Assembly: GCA_041891055.1 (NCBI GenBank)
Contig: CP169074.1
Span: 576,001-640,000 of the forward strand
Direction: 5' to 3'
Length of the DNA stretch: 64,000 bases
Origin: Halorutilales archaeon Cl-col2-1
Lineage (GTDB): Archaea > Halobacteriota > Halobacteria > Halobacteriales > Afararchaeaceae
In this document: positions 8,659 through 19,000 of the stretch, one piece after another
Layout: each line of letters opens with the position of its first letter
Numbering within the stretch: position 1 is the first letter of the stretch
Notes under the pieces: model-generated
Databases searched by the model: none
The model's input: only the letters and a program-made list of their open reading frames with translations
Told to the model about the DNA's origin: nothing
Translations under genes and position numbers: made by a program

Positions 8659-10643
8659 CCTCCGTAGAGTCCGATTATGAGAAGTAACGTCGCAAGTCCG
8701 AAGCTGATTATTGCGGCGTAGTTACTCACGACCCCAGTCTGTATACGTCTCATCGCGTCACCACTTCCCTTCGATGTCGACGAGACTGCGTTGACGACGC
8801 CGTCGACTACGCCGAGGTCGAACGAGTTGAGGTACTTCGTGAGAGGAAGCGTGAATCCCTCAGCGATCCAGAGCTGGAAGGCATTTACGTAGTAGCCCTT
8901 TTCGAGGACAGGGGTGAATCCCCAGCTTTCCTTCCTCCTCGTCGGCGACTCGGCGTATCCCGAGAAGCCGAGGTACGCTCCTATGAGAGCGAGACTGAGT
9001 GAGAGTCCCGTGACGGCGTAGCTGACCTCGAACTCCTCGACGTAGCCGACATTCTCCGCCGCGATCGTCCTGAGACTTCCCGAGTGGAGGAAATGTTCGA
9101 GCTGATGAATCCCTATCGGCGCTGCGTTGACGAATCCCACGACTGTCGCAAGAAGTCCAAGGACTATCAAGGGTATCTTGACCGCGGCGGAGTTGCCCGA
9201 GGCGTGTTCGGAGTGTTCCGACCTCGGCGATCCGTGGAAGGTGAGTGCGACCATCCGGAAGGTGTAGTACCCCGTGAAGAGTACAGCGACCATTCCCATT
9301 CCGAAGGGTATCCAGAGGAGAGGTTCGTGTGATGCGTTCTCGAAGGCGACCGCGAGTACCTCGTCCTTACTCCAGAATCCCGAGAACGGCACGATTCCCG
9401 CGAGAGCGAACGCGCCGGCTAAGAAGCTGTAGTAGGTCACGGGCATCTTCTTCCTCAGACCGCCGTACTCCCACATGTCCATTATGTGGTGGTTGGCGAT
9501 TATGACACTTCCCGCACCGAGGAAGAGGAGCGCCTTGAAGAAGGCATGGTTCATGAGATGGAAGACTCCCGCGGTGTATCCTCCCGCGCCGAGAGCGATC
9601 ATCATGTAGCCGTACTGGGATATCGTCGAGTAGGCGAGTACGCGTTTTATGTCGTCTGCGACGACTGCGATAGTCGCCGAGTAGAGAGCAGTGATTCCTC
9701 CGACAATCGCTATCACGAGAAGCGCAGTCGACGAGAGGGCGTAGAGAGGAAAGAGACGCGCGACGAGGTAGACACCCGCGGCGACCATCGTCGCAGCGTG
9801 TATGAGTGCCGAGACCGTCGTGGGACCCTCCATCGCGTCGGGTAGCCACGTGTGTAGAGGGAACTGGGCGCTCTTGCCTATCACACCGCCTAAGACGAGG
9901 AGTCCGAGTACCGTGACCCCCGTCTCGGGTGCGAGTCCGAGTATCGCTTCTCCCTCGTCTATCATCGTCGCTGCGGTCGACGGGAACGAGTTCTCACCCG
10001 TGAAGGCGAAGTTGCCGAATGCGGCGAAGACCCCGACGACTCCGACAAGGAAGAAGTAGTCACCGAACCTCGTGACGAGGAAAGCCTTCTTCGCCGCGCT
10101 TGCCGCACTCGGGCGGTCGAACCAGAATCCTATGAGGAGGTACGAACACAGTCCGACGAGTTCGAAGAAGACGAACGCCATCAGGAGTCCGTCTGCGAGA
10201 GCGAACCCAAGCATGCTTGCCGTGAAGAGCGAGAGCTCGGCGTAGTACCTCGGGAGTCCGGTCTCGCCCTCGTCGTTCATGTAACCCTTCGAGAAGACGT
10301 GGACGAGGAAGCTCACCGTCGTGACTATCACGATCATGAGCGCGCTCAGAGGGTCGACGAGTATACCGAAGCTGAGACTTACCGACGAAGCCGCCGTCCA
10401 CGTAACCTGTTTGACTATGTGTGGTTCCCCGTGCCCCCCGAACGTCTCGGCGAATATAGCGAGGCTGAGAGCAAGTGTCGCACCCACCGAGAGAGTGCCT
10501 ATGACAGTACTCAGACCGCCGCCTATCCCTCTCTTACCGTCGCTGTACTTTCCTACGTATCCTGGAACCATCCCGAGGAAGATCAACACGAACGACACGA
10601 AGGGTATGACCGGCACGAGCCAAGCGTAGTCTATCATCGCCAT
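8649..10643 (-). CDS. nuoL: Complex I-like subunit L
   Basis: KSAQFPLHTWLPDAMEGPT and HAFFKALLFL motifs. Confidence 0.95.
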   Translation of the reverse strand: MAMIDYAWLVPVIPFVSFVLIFLGMVPGYVGKYSDGKRGIGGGLSTVIGTLSVGATLALSLAIFAETFGGHGEPHIVKQVTWTAASSVSLSFGILVDPLSALMIVIVTTVSFLVHVFSKGYMNDEGETGLPRYYAELSLFTASMLGFALADGLLMAFVFFELVGLCSYLLIGFWFDRPSAASAAKKAFLVTRFGDYFFLVGVVGVFAAFGNFAFTGENSFPSTAATMIDEGEAILGLAPETGVTVLGLLVLGGVIGKSAQFPLHTWLPDAMEGPTTVSALIHAATMVAAGVYLVARLFPLYALSSTALLVIAIVGGITALYSATIAVVADDIKRVLAYSTISQYGYMMIALGAGGYTAGVFHLMNHAFFKALLFLGAGSVIIANHHIMDMWEYGGLRKKMPVTYYSFLAGAFALAGIVPFSGFWSKDEVLAVAFENASHEPLLWIPFGMGMVAVLFTGYYTFRMVALTFHGSPRSEHSEHASGNSAAVKIPLIVLGLLATVVGFVNAAPIGIHQLEHFLHSGSLRTIAAENVGYVEEFEVSYAVTGLSLSLALIGAYLGFSGYAESPTRRKESWGFTPVLEKGYYVNAFQLWIAEGFTLPLTKYLNSFDLGVVDGVVNAVSSTSKGSGDAMRRIQTGVVSNYAAIISFGLATLLLIIGLYGGWF

Positions 10644-10646
10644 CTC

Positions 10647-10949
10647 TTACCACCTCATGAAGCTGGGTTTAGTTACTTCGACTGTTCCGAACTCACGGTA
10701 CATAGTTATGAATATTCCGAGTCCTACGGCGACTTCCGCCGCGGCGAGAGCCATCACGAACAGCGAAAATACCTGTCCCTGAAGGTTGCCGACCTGTGCC
10801 GAGAAAGCCACGAGGTTGAGGTTGCCCGCGTTGAGCATGAGCTCTACCGACATAAGTATGACCACCGCGTTCGTACGTGTCAGGACTCCGTAGACTCCAA
10901 TGCTGAAGACTGCGGCGCTCAGGACGACGTAGTAGCTACTCGGCACCAT
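10647..10949 (-). CDS. nuoK: Complex I-like subunit K
   Basis: MSVELMLNA and AAAEVAVG motifs. Confidence 0.95.
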   Translation of the reverse strand: MVPSSYYVVLSAAVFSIGVYGVLTRTNAVVILMSVELMLNAGNLNLVAFSAQVGNLQGQVFSLFVMALAAAEVAVGLGIFITMYREFGTVEVTKPSFMRW

Positions 10950-11292
10950 CCGGCTTCACCTCCTTGGCTGTGGCTGTGGTCTCCATGTTCTCACGTGCTT
11001 CGTCTGCTTCTGTCATCGGCTTCTTCTCGACGGCTCCACCGACGTCCCTCTCCTCGCCCTTGTCCCTCTTGGCGAGGTAGAGACCGCCTATAAGGGCGGC
11101 GACGAGAAGCATATCTATTATCTCGAACGCCGCGAGAAACTCGTCGAACAGGACTGTTCCTATCATATACGTTACGTCTCCGGTAACGGGACGCGGAGCG
11201 GGGAACGGGGTTCCGACAGCTACGGTCGAAATCATGACGAAGAGTGCCGTCACTATCGCCCCTGGTATGAGTCTTAGTCTCTTTCTTTCCAT
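10936..11292 (-). CDS. nuoJ2: Complex I-like subunit J, C-terminal half (J2)
   Basis: FLAAFEII..LLVAALIG motif; lies between J1 and K. Confidence 0.85.
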   Translation of the reverse strand: MERKRLRLIPGAIVTALFVMISTVAVGTPFPAPRPVTGDVTYMIGTVLFDEFLAAFEIIDMLLVAALIGGLYLAKRDKGEERDVGGAVEKKPMTEADEARENMETTATAKEVKPDGAE

Positions 11293-11293
11293 C

Positions 11294-11578
11294 TTATCTT
11301 GCCTCCTTCTCTTCGGTTTCGGGTTCGGGTTCGAGTTCTCCCCTCATGAACATGATCGCGAATATGATGAGTATGAGGACACCTCCGACGTAGACGAGTA
11401 CCTGCATTGCCGCCACGAACTCCGCCTGAAGGAGTATGTAATGTGCCGCCACGCTCATGAGAGCGAGACCGAGGAGAAGCGCCTCGTGGAAGACGTTCTC
11501 GACGAGAACGACCCCGAGGCTCGCTCCCACGGTCACGACCGCGAACAGAACGAAGACGGCTGTCTCTAATCCTGTCAT
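11294..11578 (-). CDS. nuoJ1: Complex I-like subunit J, N-terminal half (J1)
   Basis: AEFVAAMQVLVYVGG motif; start re-placed to ATG 11578. Confidence 0.88.
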   Translation of the reverse strand: MTGLETAVFVLFAVVTVGASLGVVLVENVFHEALLLGLALMSVAAHYILLQAEFVAAMQVLVYVGGVLILIIFAIMFMRGELEPEPETEEKEAR

Positions 11579-11580
11579 TT

Positions 11581-12060
11581 TTAATCTCCGTAAAGCTCCT
11601 CTGTCTCCTGCTGTTCTTCCTCGCTCGTTCCTATCCAGCCACCCCTGTCGGACTCTCTGGCTTCGAGCGGATCGGTGTCCTTGTACCACGGCACGTCCAT
11701 GAGATCTTCCTTCGTGTACTCGAGCTCCGCCTTCATTCCGGCGTTTAGCTCGAAGTGCTGTGTCAGGATTATGGCGTCTGTGGGACAGACCTCCTCACAC
11801 AGACGGCAGTAGATACACTGACCGAGGTTGAGGTTGTACTCCTCTATGTTCCTCTTCCTGTCGGTCTTTATCTCTATCGTGTTGTTGGGACAGACCTCCT
11901 CACACATCCTACACGAGATACACCGCGAGAGGCTGAACTTATGTGTGCCCCTGAACCGCGGCGATACCTCGGGCGACTCCTCGGGGTACTCGACCGTGAA
12001 TGTCTCGCCTCTTATGGCGTGCTTTGCTGTGACTCCTAACGATTTGAGTACTCCCATCAT
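11581..12060 (-). CDS. nuoI: Complex I-like subunit I
   Basis: Two CxxCxxCxxxCP 4Fe-4S motifs; YPEE..RFRG. Confidence 0.95.
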   Translation of the reverse strand: MMGVLKSLGVTAKHAIRGETFTVEYPEESPEVSPRFRGTHKFSLSRCISCRMCEEVCPNNTIEIKTDRKRNIEEYNLNLGQCIYCRLCEEVCPTDAIILTQHFELNAGMKAELEYTKEDLMDVPWYKDTDPLEARESDRGGWIGTSEEEQQETEELYGD

Positions 12061-13130
12061 AGTATCACCCACATAATACCTGTCGTGAACAGAAGGTTGA
12101 GGAAGCTGAGTTCAAGTAGACGCTTCCATCCTATCTGTAGAAGCTGGTCTATACGTACACGCGGTATCGTCGCACGTAGCCACTGTATGACTGCGTAGAC
12201 AGCAAACATCTTGATTACGAACCAGAGTACCGCGGGAAGCACGGGTCCGGCTCCACCACCGAGGAAGAGCGTCGTGAATATCGCCCCGCCGAGGAACATA
12301 TGCGCGAACTCGGTGAGGAACATCAGGGTGAAGTTGACTCCCCCGTACTCGGTGAGATATCCTGCGACGAGCTCCGAGGCTGCCTCGGGAAGGTCGAACG
12401 GGTTACGTGCAACCTCGGCTAGCATTGCCACGAAGAAGATCACCGCCGCGAGAGGCTGAGCGAATATGAACCAGTTCGGAAGTGGCATACCCTCGACACC
12501 GAAGAGTGAACCCTGCTGTGCGGCAACTATCTGTGACATCTGGAGCGGGGCTCCGTCGCCGAAGAACGCGACGAGGGGGACGAGAGCGGCGGCAGAGATC
12601 ACGAAGGGTATCTCGTAGGCGATAGCCTGTGCGACTTCCCTCTCGAAGCCGAGGAAGGCGTACTTGTTGTTCGATCCGTACCCTGCCATCACGACTCCGA
12701 GGGTGGGTATGCTCGCGAGAGCGAAGGTGAGTACGAGACCCGCCTGAGGGTCAGAGATCTGGAGACCGCTTCCCCACGGAATGAAGACGAACGAGATGAG
12801 TATCGACGACGTCGAGAGTATAGGCGCTCCCCAGTAGGCGAGCTTGTCAACATCGTTGGGTACGACAACCTCCTTCGATAAGAGCTTGAGCGAGTCGGCA
12901 ACTATTATCAGGAGACCAAAGGGTCCTACCCTGTTTACAGCGACCCTGTCACCGAAGGCGGCGTTCCATTTCCTCTTGAACCAGACCCCTCCGAATCCGA
13001 GGAGTGTGAGTATCACAGATGTCCAGATGAACGCGACCACGAGACCCACGCCGAACTGAGCGAGAGGACCCGACTCGCCGAATCCGACTGTCTCGGTGAA
13101 GGTCGCCATCGGAGTAGACGCGAGCATCAC
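12057..13130 (-). CDS. nuoH: Complex I-like subunit H
   Basis: ADSLKLLSKE and RNPFDLPEAASELVAG motifs. Confidence 0.95.
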   Translation of the reverse strand: MMLASTPMATFTETVGFGESGPLAQFGVGLVVAFIWTSVILTLLGFGGVWFKRKWNAAFGDRVAVNRVGPFGLLIIVADSLKLLSKEVVVPNDVDKLAYWGAPILSTSSILISFVFIPWGSGLQISDPQAGLVLTFALASIPTLGVVMAGYGSNNKYAFLGFEREVAQAIAYEIPFVISAAALVPLVAFFGDGAPLQMSQIVAAQQGSLFGVEGMPLPNWFIFAQPLAAVIFFVAMLAEVARNPFDLPEAASELVAGYLTEYGGVNFTLMFLTEFAHMFLGGAIFTTLFLGGGAGPVLPAVLWFVIKMFAVYAVIQWLRATIPRVRIDQLLQIGWKRLLELSFLNLLFTTGIMWVIL

Positions 13131-14791
13131 CTGTCCACCTCCCCGAAGACCAAGTCGAGGCTTCCCAGGCTAGCAACCATGTCGGCGAGGTACTCGCCCT
13201 CGACCATCTCGTGGAATGCGGCGAGGTTTGAGAATCCGGGGGCACGTATCTTGAACCGGTGGGGCGACTCACTCCCGTCGCTGACTATGTAGATTCCGAG
13301 CTCACCCTTCGCTCCCTCGACGGCTCTGTACATCTCGGCGTCCTCGGGCGGCTCGACAGAGCGCGGAACCTCAGTCCTAATCTTTCTTTCGCCGTCCCAG
13401 TCTTCGAGTATGTCGACGCACTGTTCTATGATACGCGCACTCTGTTCGACCTCTCCGAGACGCGTGAGGATGCGCGACATATTGTCACAGCCGTCATACG
13501 TCACGACATCCCAGTCGAGCTCGTCGTAGTAGGCGTACGAGTCGACCTCCCTCACGTCGTATCCGACACCGCTGCCTCTCAGGACTGGACCTGTGACGCC
13601 GTACTCCTTAGCGACCTCGGGTTCAAGTATCCCAGTGTCGACAGTCCTCTTCTGAAAGAGCTCGTTGTCGTCGAGGAGTGTGTGGAACTCGTCGAGCTTC
13701 TCGGGAAGGTCACGCAGGTAGTCACGTATCTGACCGAACCACTCCTCACGAGGCTCGGGTATGTCGTAGGCGACGCCCCCGAGCCTGAAGTAGTTGAACA
13801 TCAGGCGCTGTCCCGTGAGGTCTTCGAGTATGTCCTGTATTATCTCACGATCCTTGAAGGCGTACATGAAGAGAACGTTTAGCTCGCCGTAGACATCGAG
13901 TGCGTATGTACCGACAGCGAGGAGATGTGCGGCTATACGTGAGAGCTCCATTCCGAGCGTCCTCACGACCTGAGCGTACTCGGGAACCTCTATGTCTGCC
14001 ATGTCCTCTATCGTGCGAGCGTACGCCATCTCGTTGAGGAGACCCGCCGAGACGTAGTCCCATCTGTCGGGATAAGGCATTATCTGGTACTTATAGTTGA
14101 GCCTCTCACACAGGTACTCCTCACATCTGTGGAGGTAGCCTATGTCGGGGTCGACGTCGACGACGACCTCTCCGTCTAAGACTGTCTTGAGATGGAGGAC
14201 GCCGTGAGTCGCGGGATGGTGAGGACCTATGTTTATGAACATAGTGTCGAGGCTCTCGTCCTCGAGTTCGACCTCGTACCTCTCCTCTATGGGGTTCTGC
14301 CACTCCTCAAGTGAGGTGTACTGAACCTGGTCGACGTCGTACTCGTCTCTCAGAGGATGTCCCTTCCAGGTCTCGGGAAGGAGTATACGTCTGGGGTCGG
14401 GGTGATCCTCGTACTCGATCCCCATGAGATCGTATGCCTCGCGCTCGTGCCAGTTCGCGCCCTTGAAGACGTGAGAGACCGTCTTGACCGTCGGGTCTTC
14501 GGGGTCTGCCATCGCGACGACGTTTATCTCGTCGAAGTCCTCGGGGTCGTCTGTGATACGTCTGAGGTGGTAGACGCTCTCGTACCTGTTGTCGTACTCG
14601 ACCGCAGAGACCGACGAGAGATGGTTGTAGCCGTTCTGTTTGAGAGCAGCGACGACCTCATCGACACGTGACGGATTCGCGATTATCGCGGGAGCGTTTC
14701 CGTGTTCCTCGACACCCGCGACTGCGTCGGGAAGTTCGTCCTCTATCGACTCGTGTATCTCCTGGTACCGTCTGTCGATCTTCTGACTCAT
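13127..14791 (-). CDS. nuoCD: Fused complex I-like subunit CD
   Basis: WHEREAYDLMG (C) and GPHHPATHGVL...GEVDR (D). Confidence 0.95.
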   Translation of the reverse strand: MSQKIDRRYQEIHESIEDELPDAVAGVEEHGNAPAIIANPSRVDEVVAALKQNGYNHLSSVSAVEYDNRYESVYHLRRITDDPEDFDEINVVAMADPEDPTVKTVSHVFKGANWHEREAYDLMGIEYEDHPDPRRILLPETWKGHPLRDEYDVDQVQYTSLEEWQNPIEERYEVELEDESLDTMFINIGPHHPATHGVLHLKTVLDGEVVVDVDPDIGYLHRCEEYLCERLNYKYQIMPYPDRWDYVSAGLLNEMAYARTIEDMADIEVPEYAQVVRTLGMELSRIAAHLLAVGTYALDVYGELNVLFMYAFKDREIIQDILEDLTGQRLMFNYFRLGGVAYDIPEPREEWFGQIRDYLRDLPEKLDEFHTLLDDNELFQKRTVDTGILEPEVAKEYGVTGPVLRGSGVGYDVREVDSYAYYDELDWDVVTYDGCDNMSRILTRLGEVEQSARIIEQCVDILEDWDGERKIRTEVPRSVEPPEDAEMYRAVEGAKGELGIYIVSDGSESPHRFKIRAPGFSNLAAFHEMVEGEYLADMVASLGSLDLVFGEVDR

Positions 14792-15504
14792 CTTCGATCC
14801 TCCTCTGTGTCTATGCTCGCCTCAGCCTCGTCGTTCACTTCGGGCGAATGTGTGTACTTCATCACGAGGTCGTCCTTGTTTATCTCCCTCTCGAAGAAGT
14901 CGGCGAGTTCGTCCCTGTCCCAGTCCTGAAGCTCCTTGACCTCGTAGGGCTTGACCGTGACGGGCGACGACTCGCCTCTCGCTATCTTCTCCTGCATCTT
15001 CATCACGCCGTAGAGGAGAGCCTCAGGACGCGGCGGACAGCCCGGTACGTGTATGTCGGCGGGCGCGAAGAGTTCGAGTCCCTTGACTACGTTGTAGCCC
15101 TCCTGGAAAGGACCGCCCGCTATCGTACACGACCCCATTGAGACGACGAACTTCGGCTCTGGTATCTGTTCGTAGAGTCTCTTCACACGCGGCGCGAGCT
15201 TCGCGTTTATGGTTCCCGGCACGATCATAAGATCAGCGGCGCGCGGCGAGTTTCTGAAGACGCCCGCACCGAACCTGTCCATGTCGTGCTTTATGGCGAC
15301 TGTCTGCATCATCTCTATCGAACAACACGCTATCCCGAACTGGAACGGGAACATGCTCGAAGCACGCGCCCAGTTCATTATGTCGTCAAGCTTTGCCGTG
15401 ACTACGGGGAGTGACCCGAACATCTCCCGAAGCTTCGAGTTCATCCTCGGGTCGACGTCTCCCTCGCGTGTCTCGCTTATCTGTGTCTTACTGTTGTCTA
15501 ACAT
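14788..15504 (-). CDS. nuoB: Complex I-like subunit B
   Basis: ACCSIEM, MGSC and PGCPPRPE motifs. Confidence 0.95.
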   Translation of the reverse strand: MLDNSKTQISETREGDVDPRMNSKLREMFGSLPVVTAKLDDIMNWARASSMFPFQFGIACCSIEMMQTVAIKHDMDRFGAGVFRNSPRAADLMIVPGTINAKLAPRVKRLYEQIPEPKFVVSMGSCTIAGGPFQEGYNVVKGLELFAPADIHVPGCPPRPEALLYGVMKMQEKIARGESSPVTVKPYEVKELQDWDRDELADFFEREINKDDLVMKYTHSPEVNDEAEASIDTEEDRR

Positions 15505-15871
15505 CTGGTTTCACCCATTCCATTGCTCCGTTCTTCCAAGCCCATCCGAGTCCTACGAAGAGGACGACGATAAAGATGAACGCTGGCACGAAAGTCCCGG
15601 GGTTGTCGGCGAAGACGGTGACCCACGGGTAGAGTAGAACCGTCTCTATGTCGAAGACAACGAACAGGAGCGCCAGCATGTAGTACTGTATGCTGAAGCC
15701 TATACGTGTATCCCCCGTAGGACTCTCACCGCTCTCGTACGTGATCGATTTCTGTTTCTCTGGAACGGTCGGACGTAGGAAGTAGCTGACCCCCTGCATC
15801 ACTAAGGGGATAGCTAAGACCACCACGCCCATAGCCGCCACTGCTATCCAGTCGTTCATGTAATTAATCAT
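15488..15871 (-). CDS. nuoA: Complex I-like subunit A
   Basis: YESGE and FVVFDIETVLLYPW motifs. Confidence 0.95.
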   Translation of the reverse strand: MINYMNDWIAVAAMGVVVLAIPLVMQGVSYFLRPTVPEKQKSITYESGESPTGDTRIGFSIQYYMLALLFVVFDIETVLLYPWVTVFADNPGTFVPAFIFIVVLFVGLGWAWKNGAMEWVKPDVRQQ

Positions 15872-16015
15872 AGTATTCTAATTTGGACACAACTTAAATA
15901 TTGATAAACAATCTCGTGCATGGTTCGTGTCGTGCCTATGTTGGTGATTAATCATCACACTAGATGGTTCGACTACGCAAGCCTTAATATCTTTTATTTG
16001 GATTATATTTGGTGT

Positions 16016-17626
16016 ATGAAGAAAGAGCTTCTAGTAACCGACTTCCTCGACAGAGCGCGCCGGCACTACGGCGACGCCGAGGCGGTCGTAGCGACAACAG
16101 GAGAGAGGTACACCTACGACGAGCTAGGAGAGAGAGTCGACAGGTTCTCCGCCGCTCTCCAAGACAAGGGACTCGGGAAAGGCGACAGGATAGGAGTTCT
16201 CGATCCCAACACGCATTACCACTTAGAGTCGGCGTACGGTATCATGCAGATAGGCGGTGTACACACTCCCCTCAACTACCGCTTAACGCCCGACGACTAC
16301 GAGTACATACTCAACGACGCGGAGGTAAAAGCGATCTACGCCGACTACGAGTACGCCGACAAAATAAATGAAATACGTGACGACGTCCCAACAGAGGTCT
16401 TCATCACTAACGATCCTTCGGAAGTCGAAGGCGACTGGGAGGACTTCGACGACGTACTCGACGACGCTGATCCCGACTCCTACGAGCGTCCCGAGATGTC
16501 CGAGGACGAAGTCATCACTATAAACTACACCTCCGGTACCACCGGCGACCCCAAGGGTGTCATGCGTACTCACCGCACTGAGACGTTACACTCGTATATC
16601 CTCTCGGTTCACCACGAGATATACGACGACGACGTATACCTCTGGACTCTCCCGATGTTCCACGCCAACGGCTGGGGACACATATACGCCGTAACCGGCA
16701 TGGGCGCGAAACACGTCTGTACGCGCGGAATCGACGCCGAGTGGATATTCGACACAGTGCGTGACGAAGACGTCTCGTTCCTCTGCGCCGCTCCTACCGT
16801 ACTCAACCTCCTCATCGAGTACTACCACGAAAACGAACCCGAGACTGCGGGCGACAACGACGTCCGCGTAACCACCGCCGGTAGCGCGCCCCCCGAGGCT
16901 ACTATACGTACTGTCGAGGACGACTTCGGCTGGTACATCAAGCATCTCTACGGACTCACCGAGACAGGTCCTCTCATAACCCAGTCCGACGCTCGACGGT
17001 ACATCGACGATGAGACGAGGTTCGACATCAAGAAGAAACAGGGCATGGGCGTCTTAGGAACCGAGGTCGACGTGGTCGATGAGGACGGTAACTCCGTACC
17101 CCGTGACGGCTCGACTCTCGGAGAGGTCGTCGTCAAAGGTAACCAGGTCATGGACAGATACTGGAACAAGCCCGAGGAGACCGAGAAGGCGTTCAACGAC
17201 AGACGTGAAGGCTGGTTCCACACAGGCGACTTAGCCGTCATAGACGAAAACGGCATGGTCTCGATACAGGACAGGAAGAAGGACATCATCATATCGGGCG
17301 GTGAGAACATATCGTCGATAGAGCTCGAAGACGCTCTCTTCGACCACCACAAGGTCGGCGATGTCGCCGTAATACCTGCGCCGAACGAGGAGTGGGGCGA
17401 AGTCCCCAAGGCTTTCGTTGTCCCCGAGAACAACGACCCCGAAAACCCCGGCATGACCCAGGACGAACTCATAGATTTCTGCCGCGAAAACCTCGCCTCC
17501 TACAAAATAATCAAGGACGCCGAGTTCGTCGACTCCCTTCCCACCACCGCAACCGGAAAGGTTCAGAAGTACGAGCTACGTGAGAGGGAGTGGGAAGACG
17601 AAGACCGCATGGTCGGTCAGGGATAG
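16016..17626 (+). CDS. Acyl-CoA synthetase (AMP-forming)
   Basis: YTSGTTGDPKG, YGLTE, FHTGD and TATGK motifs; start re-placed to ATG 16016. Confidence 0.93.
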   Translation: MKKELLVTDFLDRARRHYGDAEAVVATTGERYTYDELGERVDRFSAALQDKGLGKGDRIGVLDPNTHYHLESAYGIMQIGGVHTPLNYRLTPDDYEYILNDAEVKAIYADYEYADKINEIRDDVPTEVFITNDPSEVEGDWEDFDDVLDDADPDSYERPEMSEDEVITINYTSGTTGDPKGVMRTHRTETLHSYILSVHHEIYDDDVYLWTLPMFHANGWGHIYAVTGMGAKHVCTRGIDAEWIFDTVRDEDVSFLCAAPTVLNLLIEYYHENEPETAGDNDVRVTTAGSAPPEATIRTVEDDFGWYIKHLYGLTETGPLITQSDARRYIDDETRFDIKKKQGMGVLGTEVDVVDEDGNSVPRDGSTLGEVVVKGNQVMDRYWNKPEETEKAFNDRREGWFHTGDLAVIDENGMVSIQDRKKDIIISGGENISSIELEDALFDHHKVGDVAVIPAPNEEWGEVPKAFVVPENNDPENPGMTQDELIDFCRENLASYKIIKDAEFVDSLPTTATGKVQKYELREREWEDEDRMVGQG

Positions 17627-17637
17627 CTACTGTACTG

Positions 17638-18186
17638 TTATCTTTCGAGGAGTAGGACGACGAACTCGTCTTCGCATCCCTCAGGTGGGCTCCAGTATCT
17701 CTCTACGGTATCGGGCTGAACTCCAATGTTTTCGAAGCCGTTCTTCTCATAGAACTCGACAGCCCACGTAGCGTCCTTCCACGTTACTGTATAGACATCG
17801 CTGTGGGGGTGTCTCCGGAGACAGTCTTCGAGGAGAAAAGTTCCTATCCCCCGTCGCTGGTGATTGGGCTCGACGTAGAGGCGTCTCACGGCGACGACGC
17901 TTTCCCCGTCCAGATACCCGTCGTCGTGTGTCGGAGGCTCCGACATATCCATCTCCTGAACCCCTATGACACCGACGAGCTCTGAGTCGAGGAAGTAACC
18001 CCGGTATACGACTCCTTCCTCAATGTCACGTCTTACGTCTTCGGGTGTGGTGTAAGGACGGCTGTAACATCTCTCGGGAAGGACTCCGTAGTACATCTCG
18101 GCGGCGGCGTTGGTTATCTCAGTAATACTGCTGACGTCGGTCTCGTAGAGACTTCCTGTCTTACCCGCGTCACCGTCGTGTCTCAT
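17638..18186 (-). CDS. GNAT acetyltransferase
   Basis: LYVEPNHQRRGIG and AVEFYEKNGF motifs. Confidence 0.88.
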   Translation of the reverse strand: MRHDGDAGKTGSLYETDVSSITEITNAAAEMYYGVLPERCYSRPYTTPEDVRRDIEEGVVYRGYFLDSELVGVIGVQEMDMSEPPTHDDGYLDGESVVAVRRLYVEPNHQRRGIGTFLLEDCLRRHPHSDVYTVTWKDATWAVEFYEKNGFENIGVQPDTVERYWSPPEGCEDEFVVLLLER

Positions 18187-18220
18187 CCCGGGGAAGTAAA
18201 GGAGTCGTCTCTACTTGAAG

Positions 18221-18373
18221 CTACTCACACCGCGGGTCAAAGTCTTCCTCAGAGACGTCCTCCCCACAGACGGGACAGCCCTCACGGAGAAGAGTCTGTT
18301 TCATCTCGGCGTTGACCGCGACCGACTCGCCACACCCCGAGCAGTCGAAGACGTACTCCGTGAGTACTCTCAT
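18221..18373 (-). CDS. 50-aa zinc-finger micro-protein
   Basis: Hand-translated MRVLTEYVFDCSGCG...GCPVCGEDVSEEDFDPRCE; GAGGTG just upstream of the ATG. Confidence 0.8.
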   Translation of the reverse strand: MRVLTEYVFDCSGCGESVAVNAEMKQTLLREGCPVCGEDVSEEDFDPRCE

Positions 18374-18517
18374 GCACCTCAGTAGGGAGTGACAGACACA
18401 ATAAGACAGTCCCCCAGTTTAGAGGAGTATAAAGAACGGGGGAGGCTGGTTCGCGCCGACCACAGCACGAGCATGTATACCGATACCATAATACGTAATC
18501 CGTTTCTAACACCGTGT

Positions 18518-19000
18518 ATGCGTGTTGCTGTAGGCGGGACTTTCGACCCTGTGCACGACGGACATTATGCTCTGCTGAAGAAGGCTTTCGAACTCGGCGA
18601 CGAGGGAGTAGTAGTCGGACTCACGAGCGACGACCTCGCCCCGAAGACACGTGACGAGGAACGCAGGATAAGACCTTTCGAGGAGAGGAAGGAGGATCTC
18701 GTAGAGGCGATAGAAGAGGTCAACGAGTGGAACCGCGACTACGAGGTCGACAAGCTAGAAGACCCGTTCGGGATAGCGAGCGAAGACCCCTCGTTTGACT
18801 GCATAGTCGTCTCACCTGAGACCAAGAAAGGAGCCGAGAAGATCAACGGGATAAGACAGGAGAACGGGATGGAGACTCTCGACATAGTCGTAGTTCCCTA
18901 CATAGCCGCCGAGGACGGCGATCCGATATCGTCGACTAGGGTTGTCAAGGGAGAGATAGACAAACACGGCAACGTGAAGGGGGAAGAGACCCAAGGATGA
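18518..19000 (+). CDS. coaD: Phosphopantetheine adenylyltransferase (archaeal type)
   Basis: GGTFDPVHDGH, IVVSPET and ISSTR motifs; start re-placed to ATG 18518. Confidence 0.92.
   Translation: MRVAVGGTFDPVHDGHYALLKKAFELGDEGVVVGLTSDDLAPKTRDEERRIRPFEERKEDLVEAIEEVNEWNRDYEVDKLEDPFGIASEDPSFDCIVVSPETKKGAEKINGIRQENGMETLDIVVVPYIAAEDGDPISSTRVVKGEIDKHGNVKGEETQG

Noticed and set aside
15920-16015. 5' extensions in the ORF track (also at 18389, 24878, 28808, 31680 and 56682)
   Set aside because: They cover promoter-like DNA or neighbouring genes; family similarity starts at downstream ATGs
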